Positions 62,370 through 64,000 of a stretch of 64,000 nt of DNA are shown piece by piece; positions within the stretch are counted from its first letter, which is position 1, and every line of letters begins with the position of its first letter. A program made the translations under genes and the position numbers. Origin of the DNA: Candidatus Tenderia electrophaga (GTDB lineage Bacteria; Pseudomonadota; Gammaproteobacteria; Tenderiales; Tenderiaceae); the NCBI GenBank assembly GCA_001447805.1, contig CP013099.1, positions 2,115,181-2,179,180 of the forward strand, given 5' to 3'. Below the pieces are notes generated by a model. It searched no databases, had not been told where the DNA came from, and saw only the letters and a list, made by a program, of their open reading frames with translations.

Positions 62370-63893
62370 ATGGGTGTCAATGAGACGTTGCTCGATTTTG
62401 TGTTTCCGATTTCCAAAGCGACGCTCAATCAGTTTCTAACTAATATTTCATACGGCGTAGTGTTTTCCGACGAACACGGAAAAACGCTCTACGCGAACAA
62501 TAAAATGGAACAAATCCTCGGCTATCAAACAGCCGAGATCAACGGCAAGACGCTCGAGACATTTTTCATTCCGAAAGATCGTCACAAACTCAATTCGGTT
62601 CTTCAAACGACGCTAAGCACTCGCGGTCATCGCGCAGAAAAACATTTAGAGGCCGTGGCGGTAAACCGGGCAGGCGTGGAAATCCCGGTGGCCATTTCCT
62701 TCAACCTGATCCGCGAGGGCGAGCGCCAACTCATCTTTTGCCTGGTGCAGGACATCAGCCAGCAAGTCACCCTGCAAAAGGAGTTATACCAACAGGCCAT
62801 CACCGATTCGCTTACCGGTCTATACAACCGGCGCTATTTCGATCAACGACTGTTTGAAGAATTCACCCGCGCCAATCGCTACAGTCGCCCCTTCTCGGTG
62901 GTCATCATCGATATCGACGGCTTCAAACAGGCCAATGATTTACATGGCCACTCCTTCGGCGATGAGATGTTGATCAAGGCCACGGACACGTTCAAGACCG
63001 TGCTGCGCGAAGGCGACAGCATTTATCGTTACGGCGGCGACGAGTTCGCCATGCTGCTCCCCGAAACCAGCAAGGAAGGGGGCATTGAAGTGGCTGAACG
63101 GCTCAAGTCCATGTTCGCAACACGCTTTAGCAGCAACGAAAAACGCGTGCGGCTGTCACTTAGTATCGGCGTCTCGAGCTACCCTGAAGACGGCATGGAC
63201 GAAAAGAACCTGATCAGCGCCGCCGACCGTCGTATGTACTCAGCCAAAGACTCCGGTGGCAACATGGTCAGCGCCTATGACGAAGTGACGTATTTAAACG
63301 ATGATACCAGCCTGCTGTTACGCTCGCTCTGCAGTCTCGCGGCGTTGATGGAGAAGAGCCGCGGGCTCACCTCACGCGGCCTGAGTCACTCACAAAGCAC
63401 CCGTACCCTGTCCATTGAGATCGCTCACCGACTGGGGCTGTCCGATGAGCGTATCGCCCTGCTGGAACAAGCCGCCATCCTGCACGACATCGGTAACATC
63501 ACCGTTCCGGCCGCGGTATTATGCAAGAAAAACGCGCTTAGTGACGAAGAACGGCTTGAGATCCGCAAACACACGATGATCGGCGAAGAGATTATCGAAA
63601 TGCTTGACACCACGCACGAGCAAAAGGAACTTCAGGCGCTCAAACGCATTATTGGCGAGCATCATGAACGCATCGACGGCTCGGGCTATCCGCGCGGCCT
63701 GAAGAATAGCGCTATCAGTATCGAGGCGCGCATCCTGGCCGCCGCGGACGCCTACAACGCAATGGTTTCCGAACGTCCTTATCGCAAACCCATGACCCAG
63801 ACCCAGGCGCTGCAGGAGATGCAAAAACTGGCCGGCACGCTTTACGATACCGAAGTGGTGTCACACCTGTTGCAAATCAGATCCAATCAGTGA
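62370..63893 (+). CDS. PAS-GGDEF-HD-GYP c-di-GMP turnover protein
   Basis: PAS domain; DSLTGLYNRR, REGD..GGDEF; LHDIG, HHERIDGSGYP, RPYR. Confidence 0.92.
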   Translation: MGVNETLLDFVFPISKATLNQFLTNISYGVVFSDEHGKTLYANNKMEQILGYQTAEINGKTLETFFIPKDRHKLNSVLQTTLSTRGHRAEKHLEAVAVNRAGVEIPVAISFNLIREGERQLIFCLVQDISQQVTLQKELYQQAITDSLTGLYNRRYFDQRLFEEFTRANRYSRPFSVVIIDIDGFKQANDLHGHSFGDEMLIKATDTFKTVLREGDSIYRYGGDEFAMLLPETSKEGGIEVAERLKSMFATRFSSNEKRVRLSLSIGVSSYPEDGMDEKNLISAADRRMYSAKDSGGNMVSAYDEVTYLNDDTSLLLRSLCSLAALMEKSRGLTSRGLSHSQSTRTLSIEIAHRLGLSDERIALLEQAAILHDIGNITVPAAVLCKKNALSDEERLEIRKHTMIGEEIIEMLDTTHEQKELQALKRIIGEHHERIDGSGYPRGLKNSAISIEARILAAADAYNAMVSERPYRKPMTQTQALQEMQKLAGTLYDTEVVSHLLQIRSNQ

Positions 63894-64000
63894 TGCCCGC
63901 GGCCGTCTTCGCCATCCAGTTCGGCGAGCTGCAACTCCTCGCCCAGCTGCAACCAGGCCTCTTCCGTTTCCTGCTGCCGCTTTTTCAATTCACCCTGCCT
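63887..64000 (-). CDS. 3' end of a gene, probably an ABC-F ATPase (YheS/Uup-type C-terminal coiled coil)
   Basis: RQGELKKRQQETEEAWLQLGEELQLAELD...HH*; only 37 codons are visible. Confidence 0.5.
   Translation of the reverse strand, partial: RQGELKKRQQETEEAWLQLGEELQLAELDGEDGRGHH

Overview
GC-rich gammaproteobacterial chromosome segment, mostly housekeeping. Left arm (1-13.8 kb): comEC 5' part, DUF2062, lolD/lolC-E, HhH-GPD glycosylase, rluB-scpB-scpA-trpS-site-2 protease-yciO-PHP, yciB-yciI-bolA-PPIase, ligA. About 13.9-28.1 kb is an accessory-looking block between ligA and tRNA-Ser(GGA), dominated by ion/osmotic genes: MgtE, a soluble MgtE-like CBS protein, two MscS-type channels, CorA, TrkH/TrkA and a probable deleted amino-acid symporter. 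Embedded in it is an uncharacterised GNAT-papain + RLAN-RimK ATP-grasp + DUF155 operon, the best candidate for an undescribed system. Right arm: putA, a glycerate/glycerol-type cluster with an aldolase-SDR fusion, ettA flanked by two palindromic repeat elements, a stand-alone fusA, an orphan amidase, rimI-udg-leuA (with a Leu-rich leader peptide), pssA, ilvIHC, ybbAP-tesA, zntB, tRNA-Ser(TGA), yccA, a ybiB-like gene and a PAS-GGDEF-HD-GYP protein. Both tRNA-Ser genes are followed by a terminator and then a structured element ending in a copy of the tRNA 3' end. No CRISPR array, integrase or transposase was seen. All family calls come from motif recognition by eye, not database searches.
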